Assembly (NCBI GenBank): GCA_029573015.1
Contig: JAKQHK010000077.1
Span: 1-45,234, forward strand
Direction of reading: 5' to 3'
DNA: 45,234 nt
From: a bacterium
Lineage (GTDB): Bacteria > Patescibacteriota > CG2-30-54-11
Shown: positions 36,173 through 44,225 of the stretch, one piece after another
How the letters are laid out: each line of letters begins with the position of its first letter
Numbering within the stretch: the stretch's first letter is position 1
Translations under genes and position numbers: made by a program
The notes under the pieces: generated by a model
Told to the model about the DNA's origin: nothing
Seen by the model: only the letters and a program-made list of their open reading frames with translations
The model's database searches: none

Positions 36173-36751
36173 CTATATTAGATATGTTCTAGCGTTTTTC
36201 AGAACCGCATAGAGCTTAACATCCCGATACTCACCCTTGATAAGATCCCACTGCCTGAGTGTTCCCTCGTACTGCATGCCTGCTTTCTCCATGACGCGAG
36301 CAGACCCGATATTGGGGACATCACAGCGCGCCTGGATTCGGTTGAGCCCGAGCGTCTCGAAACCGAAGTTAATCGCGGCTTTGACAGCTTCGGTCATCAA
36401 TCCTTTTCCCCAGTACGATCGGGACATAGCGTAGCCGATCTCAGCCCGATTATGCTCCCTGATGATTTCCATAAAACCGCAAGTGCCGATGAATGTACTG
36501 CTTTCCTTAAGCTCCATGCCCCAGTTTTCCGGTTCTCCCTTATCATATCTGCTTAAAACATACTCCAGAAATTTCCTGGAATCATCAACTGACTGATGCG
36601 GCGTCCAAGTTAAATACCTTGTCACCTGCTCGTCAGCAGCATAGTCAAACATATCTTCTGCATCTGACAGCTTCATGCTACGCAAGAGCAGGTGCTCTGT
36701 CTCAAGCGTTGGCAAATTCTTAAATATTTCTGCTATCGCTGTTTCTAGCAT
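36173..36751 (-). CDS. GNAT-family N-acetyltransferase (RimJ/RimL-like)
   Basis: LLLRSMKLSDAEDMFDY..., an acetyl-CoA binding region WGKGLMTEAVKAAINFGF, then RIQARCDVPNIGSARVMEKAGM. Confidence 0.85.
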   Translation of the reverse strand: MLETAIAEIFKNLPTLETEHLLLRSMKLSDAEDMFDYAADEQVTRYLTWTPHQSVDDSRKFLEYVLSRYDKGEPENWGMELKESSTFIGTCGFMEIIREHNRAEIGYAMSRSYWGKGLMTEAVKAAINFGFETLGLNRIQARCDVPNIGSARVMEKAGMQYEGTLRQWDLIKGEYRDVKLYAVLKNARTYLI

Positions 36752-36790
36752 GATACGCTTTCTTTCAGCTGATCCTTTTCTTTAGCAATC

Positions 36791-37318
36791 TCATTTCTTG
36801 ACACTTATAGCATTCCAAAAATCTCTCCACCCACCACCCATCGCAGCCGAAGCAAACACAAGCAATCCTGTTGCGATCATTACGTAAAATCCATAGCTCA
36901 TATGCTGGCTGGCAGCGACGTAATATATGGATTTATTAGGAAGAGCTATATAGCGAAATAACGGAATTAAAATCATGCCTTTGCCACAGATCAAAACCAG
37001 CATGGCTTTAGATATCGGCAAACGAACTGCTTGATAGAACAATCCCGATGCAGCAATAAAAACTACCACAATCGGGACCAAAAAGCCCCCTACTGCCCAG
37101 CCAGTTCCCATATCAAACATCGAAAAATTTGTATTTTCAACTTTTAAAATCGCCGCCATATCTAACTGATCTGAATTAAAAGCAGTGAATGGTTTAAACA
37201 AAGCAATTACATATACCAAACAACTCAGTATTGCTAAAACCTCCCAGTGCTTGAGAAAGTTTGGAATCAAATTCGGTACTTGATAATCATCGTGTTCATC
37301 TGTAGATTCAGCGGTCAT
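36791..37318 (-). CDS. Hypothetical multi-pass membrane protein
   Basis: Acidic N-terminus then four to five hydrophobic helices. Start is taken at MTAESTDE (ATG 37318) to avoid overlap with purC-purE. Confidence 0.5.
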   Translation of the reverse strand: MTAESTDEHDDYQVPNLIPNFLKHWEVLAILSCLVYVIALFKPFTAFNSDQLDMAAILKVENTNFSMFDMGTGWAVGGFLVPIVVVFIAASGLFYQAVRLPISKAMLVLICGKGMILIPLFRYIALPNKSIYYVAASQHMSYGFYVMIATGLLVFASAAMGGGWRDFWNAISVKK

Positions 37319-37343
37319 GCTATATATCCGATTTAATATAATA

Positions 37344-38696
37344 TTAGGATAAGCCCAAAATCCGTTTCGCCGCCAGCGCCGCATTACCGGGATCTATCAC
37401 CGTCATCACCGGCACGTTGGACGGCATCTGCAAGGAGGAATGAATATTGACGAGGTAATCCGACTTGTCCGCAAAGGGCGGGCAGGCAATCACCGGATGG
37501 CGGCTCGCTCCGGCTACCACCCCGGACAGGGCGTTGGATCGGCCAGCAATGGTGATATAGACCACCGGTTCCTCGGCTTCATTAAGCTGACGGACCCGAT
37601 TAAGCACCAGATCAGGCACTTTGTGCGCTGAGGCGGCAAGCACATCAACCACAATATCCTCACTGGCTAAACCGGCAATAATCTTGTCAGCGTGGGGCCG
37701 ATCGCTTTCACTCCCCATGATGATCTGCACAAATTTTCCTTTAAGCAATCCCTCTTTTTTCAACGCCCGGCGCAAACGGCAAAGCGGATTGGCAGGATTG
37801 TCTCCTCCCCTATCCAACGTTTGGCCAGTAATTTTTTCATAGAGCGTAATGTATACATTGGAAAATCGTTCGATAAGCTCATCCGGTATTTCCGGCATCG
37901 GACCATCCCCCATGAAGCCTTGATCTCTCAGCCAGATGCGCAGGAATTCTTTGTCATAATATTCCGGTTCTTCGCCGCGTGCAAAACGCTGTTCATACGT
38001 ATCAGCTATCCAGTAGCGGGAGGAATCGGGTGTATGCACTTCATCGATAACCATGATATTCCCCTCAGCATCCTCCCCGAATTCATACTTGGTGTCTACA
38101 AGGATCAAACCGCGTTTGGCCGCGACTTCCTGACCGCGCTTGAACAAGGCGATCGCGTACTCCTCGATCTTCTGCCATTTTGCTGCGGCAACAATACCGC
38201 GCTCAATGATCTCCTTGCTGGAAATCTTCTGGTCATGTCCTGAAACTTCTTTCGTTGTCGGGGTGATGATGGGCTCAGGTAATTTGGCATTCTTTTTCAA
38301 GCCCTCAGGCAAGGTATGCCCACAGTACTCACGTTCGCCACGTTCATACGCATACCATGCTGATGTCGTCGTGACTCCGGTGATATACCCGCGCACGATG
38401 ACTTCGACCGGAAAGGGCTTGGCATCTTTGACGATCATGGCGTTGGGGTCGATCACCTTGATAACATGGTTGGGGACGACATCTTTGGTCTGGTCGAACC
38501 AGAAAGCGGAAATTTGATTCAGAACCTGCCCCTTGTAGGGTACTTCCGCCAGGATGCAGTCAAACGCTGACTGGCGGTCAGTGGCGATTATCAACCGCTG
38601 ACCATCAGCCAGACGATAATTCTCACGTACTTTTCCGCTATAGAAGTCCGGCAGCTCCGGGAAATAAGCTTTTTTAAGCGTGGGACCGAGTGACAT
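37344..38696 (-). CDS. purCE: Bifunctional SAICAR synthetase / class II AIR carboxylase (PurC-PurE fusion, PAICS-like)
   Basis: The N-terminal ~300 aa are PurC (YSGKVRENY, IIATDRQSAFD, LVDTKYEFG). The C-terminal ~140 aa are PurE with IMGSESD, SAHK and AGRSNALSGVVAG...PVIACPP, the class II signatures. Confidence 0.9.
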   Translation of the reverse strand: MSLGPTLKKAYFPELPDFYSGKVRENYRLADGQRLIIATDRQSAFDCILAEVPYKGQVLNQISAFWFDQTKDVVPNHVIKVIDPNAMIVKDAKPFPVEVIVRGYITGVTTTSAWYAYERGEREYCGHTLPEGLKKNAKLPEPIITPTTKEVSGHDQKISSKEIIERGIVAAAKWQKIEEYAIALFKRGQEVAAKRGLILVDTKYEFGEDAEGNIMVIDEVHTPDSSRYWIADTYEQRFARGEEPEYYDKEFLRIWLRDQGFMGDGPMPEIPDELIERFSNVYITLYEKITGQTLDRGGDNPANPLCRLRRALKKEGLLKGKFVQIIMGSESDRPHADKIIAGLASEDIVVDVLAASAHKVPDLVLNRVRQLNEAEEPVVYITIAGRSNALSGVVAGASRHPVIACPPFADKSDYLVNIHSSLQMPSNVPVMTVIDPGNAALAAKRILGLS

Positions 38697-38718
38697 GGAG
38701 CTCTCCTTTAATTAATTT

Positions 38719-38748
38719 GATCTGAGTTATCGCGAGTTTGTAACTCGC
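38719..38748. repeat. 30-nt direct repeat, copy 1 (contains a GCGAGTT-TGT-AACTCGC hairpin)
   Basis: GATCTGAGTTATCGCGAGTTTGTAACTCGC is identical 30/30 to 39278..39307. Weaker similarity continues about 20 nt further (AAGTTTGTAATTTCTCAT vs AGGTTTGTAACCTGCTCAT). Confidence 0.85.
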
Positions 38749-38833
38749 AACATGAAGTTTGTAATTTCTCATACTCTGCCTACACAATTATTTCCTAACG
38801 CGTTAAATCATTATTGCTATTCATCCACATCCC

Positions 38834-38862
38834 TTGACAGTAGTAGTAGTAGTAGTTAAAAT
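38834..38862 (+). promoter_or_regulatory. Near-consensus sigma-70-type promoter driving the plus-strand small ORF
   Basis: TTGACA, a 17-nt spacer, then TAAAAT. It is followed by an A-rich leader and GGAG 6 nt before ATG 38910. Confidence 0.6.
38839..38856. repeat. (AGT)6 trinucleotide microsatellite
   Basis: AGTAGTAGTAGTAGTAGT. It covers the last base of the -35 hexamer and the whole promoter spacer. Confidence 0.9.
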
Positions 38863-38909
38863 ATAAAGAAACGTAAAACAAAAATTAATGAAACAAAAAA
38901 GGAGAAAAA

Positions 38910-39206
38910 ATGGCTATCGGAGATAGTGACTGTGATAAGGAACAATTAAGGGAATTTCACGAAGGACAAGTTAAAAAAGCACTTGATAAGTTGTTAAATA
39001 ACCCCGAAGAAGCTGCCCAGGAAAGTAATCGCCTGGCATTAGTAGGTGCAATACGTGACTTAATGACTGCTAATGGATTACAATGGCTACGCCCATCAGG
39101 CTCTGAAGAACAATGGCAACAACAATTTATGCAAATTCCTGAATCATCCCAAAGAATCCTACAGGAAGCCATTATAATAAATAGACAAATGTTAGGCATA
39201 ATGTAA
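38910..39206 (+). CDS. Hypothetical 98-aa soluble protein; the only plus-strand gene in the 19.5-45.2 kb run
   Basis: Good SD (GGAG) and promoter. The sequence is helical-looking and has no recognisable motif. About 28% GC in a spot count. Confidence 0.55.
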   Translation: MAIGDSDCDKEQLREFHEGQVKKALDKLLNNPEEAAQESNRLALVGAIRDLMTANGLQWLRPSGSEEQWQQQFMQIPESSQRILQEAIIINRQMLGIM

Positions 39207-39255
39207 CTAGTACTTTTTTAGGAATGTTTCACACGGAATGAGTCACAGACTCCTC

Positions 39256-39312
39256 CTTGCGAGTTACAAACTCGCAAGATCTGAGTTATCGCGAGTTTGT
39301 AACTCGCGATAA
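39256..39312. repeat. Two adjacent strong hairpins of the GTT-TGT/ACA-AAC family, in opposite loop orientation
   Basis: CTTGCGAGTT-ACA-AACTCGCAAG (10-bp stem, 39256..39278) and TTATCGCGAGTT-TGT-AACTCGCGATAA (12-bp stem, 39286..39312). A third, weaker hairpin AGGTT-TGT-AACCT follows. The pair sits between the convergent small ORF and mvaD. Confidence 0.8.
39278..39307. repeat. 30-nt direct repeat, copy 2
   Basis: Identical to 38719..38748. Confidence 0.85.
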
Positions 39313-39328
39313 AAGGTTTGTAACCTGC

Positions 39329-40324
39329 TCATATCACCTCCGCTCCCCTGCTCGGCTTGCAGATAAAAAGTTTCTCGATCCCCTCTAACTTCTCTATCTC
39401 TCTTCTCAAATCTCCCAAATCTTTCTCCTGACACATGATCTTGACTTGCGGACCTGCATCCATGGTCAGATAAACAAGCAACCCCTGATCTCGTAAAGCA
39501 TGCACGAAGTGAATAAGCTCAACTGTCCTTGCAGTCCAGTAGATGATGGGCGGCTGGGTCGTCTGCATGAGCGCATGCATTTTCAAAGCACTGATCTCAG
39601 CCCTCTGGGCTACTGCTTCGAAATCTTTATCCAAAATTCCCTGCTCGACAACAGCCAAATCATCAGCAACAGTCTCCAGCCAGGATGAATAATACGGACT
39701 GGTTGCCACACTCTGCGCCATGCCAGTTCTTGAGCTAACCTTCTTTTCTTCCAAGGTAATCACCGGGATCACCATCCGAAAACCCCAATCCATTTCAGGC
39801 GACTGGATCGAGCACGCAAAACTGTCCGATCCATCTGCCTGCTCGCCTTTTTTCCATTTGGTAAACCCGTCAGGGATCGAACGCGATGCTGAACCAGAAC
39901 CACGGCGAGCCAGAATAGAAAGTTCACATTCAGACAGATTCAGACCAGCTGCACGGCTGGCGGCCAAACTTAGAGCCGCAAAGCCGCTAGCACTGCTGGC
40001 TAATCCCGCACTCATGGGAAATGTGGCAGTAGAAGCAACCCGTGCTTTCATCGCTATCCCTGCCATTTCGCGTACATTGTCTAAATGTTTGATGACTTTA
40101 TCCCGTTTTGCATCTTGCAATGGCACGCTAGCAAACAATACTTCGTCTGCAGTAAGATCAGCATCAAATTCGACTGATGTCTCGGTATACAGCTCACTCA
40201 AGCACACAGAAATCGAACTGTTCTGCGGCAGAATGAGTTCCTCATCCCGTTTCCCCCAGTACTTTACGAGCGCAATATTAGCTGGTGCCCTGGCAGTTAC
40301 TTTTTTAAATTTTGTCATCTGCAC
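39329..40324 (-). CDS. mvaD: Diphosphomevalonate decarboxylase family protein (GHMP); substrate not resolvable (diphospho- vs phosphomevalonate)
   Basis: APANIALVKYWGKRDEELILPQNSSISV N-terminus and GLASSASGFAAL GHMP loop are classic for the MVD family. Confidence 0.88.
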   Translation of the reverse strand: MQMTKFKKVTARAPANIALVKYWGKRDEELILPQNSSISVCLSELYTETSVEFDADLTADEVLFASVPLQDAKRDKVIKHLDNVREMAGIAMKARVASTATFPMSAGLASSASGFAALSLAASRAAGLNLSECELSILARRGSGSASRSIPDGFTKWKKGEQADGSDSFACSIQSPEMDWGFRMVIPVITLEEKKVSSRTGMAQSVATSPYYSSWLETVADDLAVVEQGILDKDFEAVAQRAEISALKMHALMQTTQPPIIYWTARTVELIHFVHALRDQGLLVYLTMDAGPQVKIMCQEKDLGDLRREIEKLEGIEKLFICKPSRGAEVI

Positions 40325-40366
40325 GATATATTAGTATGTTTATTACTTCATCTATTCTGTGGTTTT

Positions 40367-40401
40367 ATAAGCTCATCGCTCAAAGCTGACAGCTCATAGC
40401 T
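40367..40401. repeat. Heptanucleotide tandem array NNNNGCT (5 units) downstream of purH
   Basis: ATAAGCT CATCGCT CAAAGCT GACAGCT CATAGCT. Confidence 0.6.
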
Positions 40402-40403
40402 TA

Positions 40404-42029
40404 TTAATGCCTGAAATGCCTCATGCCCGTAAAGACCATAGCTATCCCCAGCTCGTCACAGGCTGCGATGACCTCGGCGTCCTTGACCGATCCGCTAGGC
40501 TGGACAACGTAACGAAGCCCTGCTGCCTGAATCTCCTCGATACTATCCCGGAACGGAAAGAAAGCTCCTGAAGCAAGCACGCATTTCCCAAGCTGATCCT
40601 GAATGTATTCTTCCAATGTCTGATGTCTTATGTCTAATGCCTTGTACTCCATCTCCAGATTCTCCCGGGCTTTGGGCACTGCCAGCTTGCGGATAGCATC
40701 CACTCGGTTGGGCTGGCCAGCGCCGATGGCCAGGATTTGAAACGAACCATCGGCGTACTCGCGGGCAATGACGATCTCATTGGACTTAACATACTTGATT
40801 GCCTGAAAGGAAAATCGAGCCGTGGCGTCCAGCTGTTTCGGAAATTGGGCTTCGGTAACGCATTCCCATTTTTCGTACACCCCATCATCCTCATCCTGAC
40901 GCAATACGCCACCATGAATGTATTTACAGACCTTTCGACCGCGCTCAAGCTTTAAGGCAGCCCCTCCTCCTACTTCGAGTAAACGCAAATTTTTCTTGTT
41001 ATTGGTACTCACCCATTCGAGCACATCTGGTGCAAAAGAAGGAGCGATCAACATCTCTACGAACTTGCCTGTCAGAAACTCCATAAATATCACGTCAACC
41101 TGACGGTTGCAGGCAATAACAGATCCATACGCAGAAACTTGATCTCCTGCCCAAGCGCGTTCCAGTGCCTCGCGGGGCGTTGCTCCAGTTGCCAGACCGC
41201 AGGGATTGGTATGTTTGACAACCGAGACCGCGCACGAATCGAACTCCAGAACTGCCTCCAATGCGCCATCGCCGTCAACATAGTTATTGAATGAAAGCTC
41301 TTTGCCCCATAGTTGTTTCGCTGTAACCAAAGAAGGATTCGTATACAACTCATCCGTATACACTTCCGCGCTTTGATGCGGATTCTCTCCATAACGTAAA
41401 GCTGCACCATTAACGAATTTCTGCCGTAATACTCGTTTTTGCTGCAACTGCTTTTCGAGCGAGACGTGGATCATAGCGTCATAGTCAGCCGTATGGTCGA
41501 AAGCCTTGATTGCCATACGAGTGCGGAATTCCTTGCTGGTTACTCCGGAATGCGCATCTAGCTCACTAATCAGTTCCGGGTAGTCTTGCGGATCGACAAT
41601 CGCGGTCACATGCTTCCAGTTCTTAGCTCCAGCCCGAATCATGGTCGGACCGCCGATATCGATGAGGTGCCGCAGCTCTGCTTCGGTTACGCCCTCCTTG
41701 TCGGCTACTTCGCAGAACGCGTACAGATTGCAGACAACGATATCTATAGGGATGATCCCGTCAGCTTCCAACCGCTGCACATGCTCCGGGTTGTCCCTAT
41801 CAGCAAGCAGGGCAAAGTGAATCTTGGGATGGAGCGTCTTAACAAGCCCCTCGGGATACTCGGGTGATCCGGTAGCATCAGCAACTTCGGTGACCGGAAT
41901 GCCTGCGGCTATCAGCTGACGGGCAGTGCCACCAGTGGAAAGGATTTCATAATCATGTGTAACCAAAGAATTGGCAAGCTCGGCAACCCCTTCTTTGCGA
42001 AACAGACTGATTAATGCCCTTTTCTTCAT
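40404..42029 (-). CDS. purH: Bifunctional AICAR transformylase / IMP cyclohydrolase
   Basis: MGS-like N-domain (ALISLFRKEGV..LSTGGTA) and AICARFT C-domain (KHTNPCG, ..VVQPSGSVKD). 541 aa. Confidence 0.95.
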   Translation of the reverse strand: MKKRALISLFRKEGVAELANSLVTHDYEILSTGGTARQLIAAGIPVTEVADATGSPEYPEGLVKTLHPKIHFALLADRDNPEHVQRLEADGIIPIDIVVCNLYAFCEVADKEGVTEAELRHLIDIGGPTMIRAGAKNWKHVTAIVDPQDYPELISELDAHSGVTSKEFRTRMAIKAFDHTADYDAMIHVSLEKQLQQKRVLRQKFVNGAALRYGENPHQSAEVYTDELYTNPSLVTAKQLWGKELSFNNYVDGDGALEAVLEFDSCAVSVVKHTNPCGLATGATPREALERAWAGDQVSAYGSVIACNRQVDVIFMEFLTGKFVEMLIAPSFAPDVLEWVSTNNKKNLRLLEVGGGAALKLERGRKVCKYIHGGVLRQDEDDGVYEKWECVTEAQFPKQLDATARFSFQAIKYVKSNEIVIAREYADGSFQILAIGAGQPNRVDAIRKLAVPKARENLEMEYKALDIRHQTLEEYIQDQLGKCVLASGAFFPFRDSIEEIQAAGLRYVVQPSGSVKDAEVIAACDELGIAMVFTGMRHFRH

Positions 42030-42062
42030 ATATACTCCTGTGTATTCCGTTAATCCGTATTC

Positions 42063-42104
42063 CTCAGCTCATAGCTCAGTGCTCTCAGCTCATGGCTCAA
42101 AGCT
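42063..42104. repeat. Heptanucleotide tandem array NNNNGCT (6 units) upstream of purH
   Basis: CTCAGCT CATAGCT CAGTGCT CTCAGCT CATGGCT CAAAGCT. It shares the units CATAGCT and CAAAGCT with the array at 40367..40401. Confidence 0.6.
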
Positions 42105-42108
42105 ACAA

Positions 42109-42157
42109 GAAAAAAAGATTAAAAAACCCTACACGGACTATATTACTCCATGTAGGG
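42109..42157 (-). terminator. Intrinsic terminator-like hairpin between ftsH and purH
   Basis: The minus-strand RNA reads CCCUACA, a 17-nt loop, UGUAGGG, then UUUUUUAAUCUUUUUUU. Confidence 0.55.
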
Positions 42158-42256
42158 TCTGTATTTGCTTTACGCAGGCTGCTTAAAATAATAATCGGCG
42201 TGCCTCCCCGCTGTGCATTGCAAGCTGTGCGAGCATAATGCACGCCGCCCGGTCTG

Positions 42257-44131
42257 TCAAGCGGATACGGCTGGTTCTCCCATGATCTTCTCAAACTCCT
42301 CACCTTCCAGTGTTTCCTTCTCGATAAGTGTTGCGGCAATGATATCCAGAAGAGCTCGTTCCTTCTTGATGATGCCAGTCGCCTTGTCATATGCCTCTTT
42401 CATGATCACACTTACTTCATCATCAATCTGCTTGGCAATTTCCTCGCTGTAATCTCGCTGGCGCATGATGTCTTTGCCGAGGAAAATATCTCCACTTTTT
42501 TCACCGAAGGTCTGCGGCCCCATGCGTTCGCTCATACCGTATTCGGTTACCATCTTGCGAGCAATGCGCGTTGCTCTCTCTAGATCGTCGCGTGCCCCGG
42601 TCGTCACGTCATTGAATACCATCTGTTCAGTCGCATGACCGGCAAGCATGGCTGCGATCATATCCTTGAACTGGGAACGGGTCCAGTTGGTCCGGTCTTC
42701 CGCCGGCAGGAACCGGGTATACCCGGCCGCCATGCCGCGGGCAATGATGGATATCTTGTGCACCGGGTCAGCATGGGGCAGTTTATGCGCCACAAGTGCA
42801 TGCCCGGCTTCATGATAGGCAGTAAGTTTTTTCTTCTCTTCGGTAACCACCCGGCTTTTGCGCTCCGGGCCGGCGAGGATACGGTCTACCGCTTCCTCCA
42901 ATTCCTCCATACCGACTTTTTTCTTGTTAGCGCGTGCCGCCAGGATAGCGGCTTCGTTCATGACATTTTCTAGATCAGCGCCGGAGAATCCCGCAGTCAG
43001 CTTGGCAACGGTTTCTAGCTTCACATTAGCTTTGAGCGGTTTGCCACGGGCATGGATCTTCAGGATGGACACACGACCCTTGATGTCAGCCTGATCCAGG
43101 ATCACCTGCCGGTCAAACCGGCCAGGACGGAGCAACGCCGGATCAAGGACATCGGGGCGGTTGGTCGCGGCCATAACGATAACGTTCGTATGGATATCAA
43201 ATCCGTCCATTTCCACCAAAATCTGATTGAGGGTCTGTTCCCGCTCGTCATGTCCGCCTCCCAGACCTGCACCGCGGTGACGACCTACTGCATCGATTTC
43301 ATCGACAAACACGATGCAGGGCGAGCTCTTCTTGGCCTGATCGAACAGGTCGCGCACCCGCGAAGCCCCGACGCCGACAAACATTTCGACGAATTCGGAA
43401 CCGCTAATACTGTAGAATGGCACGCCTGCTTCACCGGCAACCGCACGGGCCAGCAGGGTTTTCCCGGTGCCTGGCGGTCCGACCAGCAGTACACCACGCG
43501 GGATGCGTGCTCCCAGCGCCGCGAACTTCTGCGGCATTTTCAAAAATTCCACGATTTCTTTCAGTTCCTCCTTGGCTTCCTCCAGGGCGGCAACATCATC
43601 GAATGTGGTACGCTTTTTTTTATCGGCTTTAGACTTCCCTTCCTTGCCTTCTTCCTCCTCGCCCCCCTCTTCTGCATAGAGCTTCGCTTTGCTCCGGCCG
43701 AATGAAAAAGCACCGCCGCTTCCGGCACCACCGCTCGCCTGCCGCATCATGAACAGGATAAATCCGATGATCAAAACCGTCGGTACGATTGCTGTTATCA
43801 GATCTAGCCAGACACCTTTCATCTGTTCATTTTTGAATTCCAGCGGCACACTCGCCAGATCTATCCCCTGATCAGAGAGCACCTGCAGAAAATCCATGCT
43901 CTCGCTGATTTCCGCCGTCAGTTTGCTTCCATCCTTAAGCTCGACTTCGAGCTTGTCCTTCTGGATAATTACGGAATCAACCTGTTCATCCTTGATTTCG
44001 CTGATCACCCGGCTGATGCTCACTTTTTCCGAACTGCTGGAAAAGGGCGTCACCATGGCATAGAGAAATACAAAACCAATGATGGCGAGAATGATGATGC
44101 CAAGATTGTTGCGCAACCAATCTTTTTTCAT
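42257..44131 (-). CDS. ftsH: ATP-dependent zinc metalloprotease FtsH
   Basis: N-terminal TM pair, AAA module [22 protein letters not shown], Walker [10 protein letters not shown], and the zinc site HEAGHAL. Confidence 0.96.
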   Translation of the reverse strand: MKKDWLRNNLGIIILAIIGFVFLYAMVTPFSSSSEKVSISRVISEIKDEQVDSVIIQKDKLEVELKDGSKLTAEISESMDFLQVLSDQGIDLASVPLEFKNEQMKGVWLDLITAIVPTVLIIGFILFMMRQASGGAGSGGAFSFGRSKAKLYAEEGGEEEEGKEGKSKADKKKRTTFDDVAALEEAKEELKEIVEFLKMPQKFAALGARIPRGVLLVGPPGTGKTLLARAVAGEAGVPFYSISGSEFVEMFVGVGASRVRDLFDQAKKSSPCIVFVDEIDAVGRHRGAGLGGGHDEREQTLNQILVEMDGFDIHTNVIVMAATNRPDVLDPALLRPGRFDRQVILDQADIKGRVSILKIHARGKPLKANVKLETVAKLTAGFSGADLENVMNEAAILAARANKKKVGMEELEEAVDRILAGPERKSRVVTEEKKKLTAYHEAGHALVAHKLPHADPVHKISIIARGMAAGYTRFLPAEDRTNWTRSQFKDMIAAMLAGHATEQMVFNDVTTGARDDLERATRIARKMVTEYGMSERMGPQTFGEKSGDIFLGKDIMRQRDYSEEIAKQIDDEVSVIMKEAYDKATGIIKKERALLDIIAATLIEKETLEGEEFEKIMGEPAVSA

Positions 44132-44225
44132 GATCGTTCACCTGTATATTCATAATGCACCACCTGAGGAATCAGCATTGCAGAACGCTGTCGCTCAGGT
44201 GTGCGTACGGTAATCGGGTATATGA

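Noticed and set aside
36173-36751. A GNAT toxin of a TacT/AtaT-type toxin-antitoxin pair
   Set aside because: The sequence looks like the RimJ/RimL (Acetyltransf_3) type, and there is no upstream small RHH/DUF1778 antitoxin. The neighbours are membrane proteins.
38752-38859. 35-aa ORF ending in a poly-Ser tract encoded by the (AGT)6 repeat
   Set aside because: It has no SD. The ORF would overlap the -35 box and spacer of a much better supported promoter. It is most simply a by-product of the microsatellite.
38719-39307. A possible CRISPR array, because of identical 30-nt repeats containing a hairpin
   Set aside because: There are only two copies, separated by 529 bp that contain a promoter and an ORF. 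Spacing is not regular at 30-40 nt and there are no cas genes.
39256-39312. An integron attC site following a gene cassette
   Set aside because: There is no GTTRRRY core (the sequence reads GTTATCG), no integrase or attI in the window, and the cassette carries its own promoter, unlike typical integron cassettes.
42158-42256. A ZTP (pfl) or purine riboswitch upstream of purH
   Set aside because: The highly conserved CCGCCUGGGC 3' element and ACUGGCG 5' element of ZTP are absent, as are the UCUACC and GGAUAUGG features of purine aptamers. It is retained only as an unclassified structured leader.
44161-44201. A long stem-loop (CACCUGAG..CUCAGGUG with inner CAGC/GCUG) between rpsA and ftsH, considered as a terminator
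   Set aside because: No U-tract follows it on the transcribed (minus) strand. It is more likely an intercistronic processing or stability hairpin, and the evidence is insufficient for a feature call.
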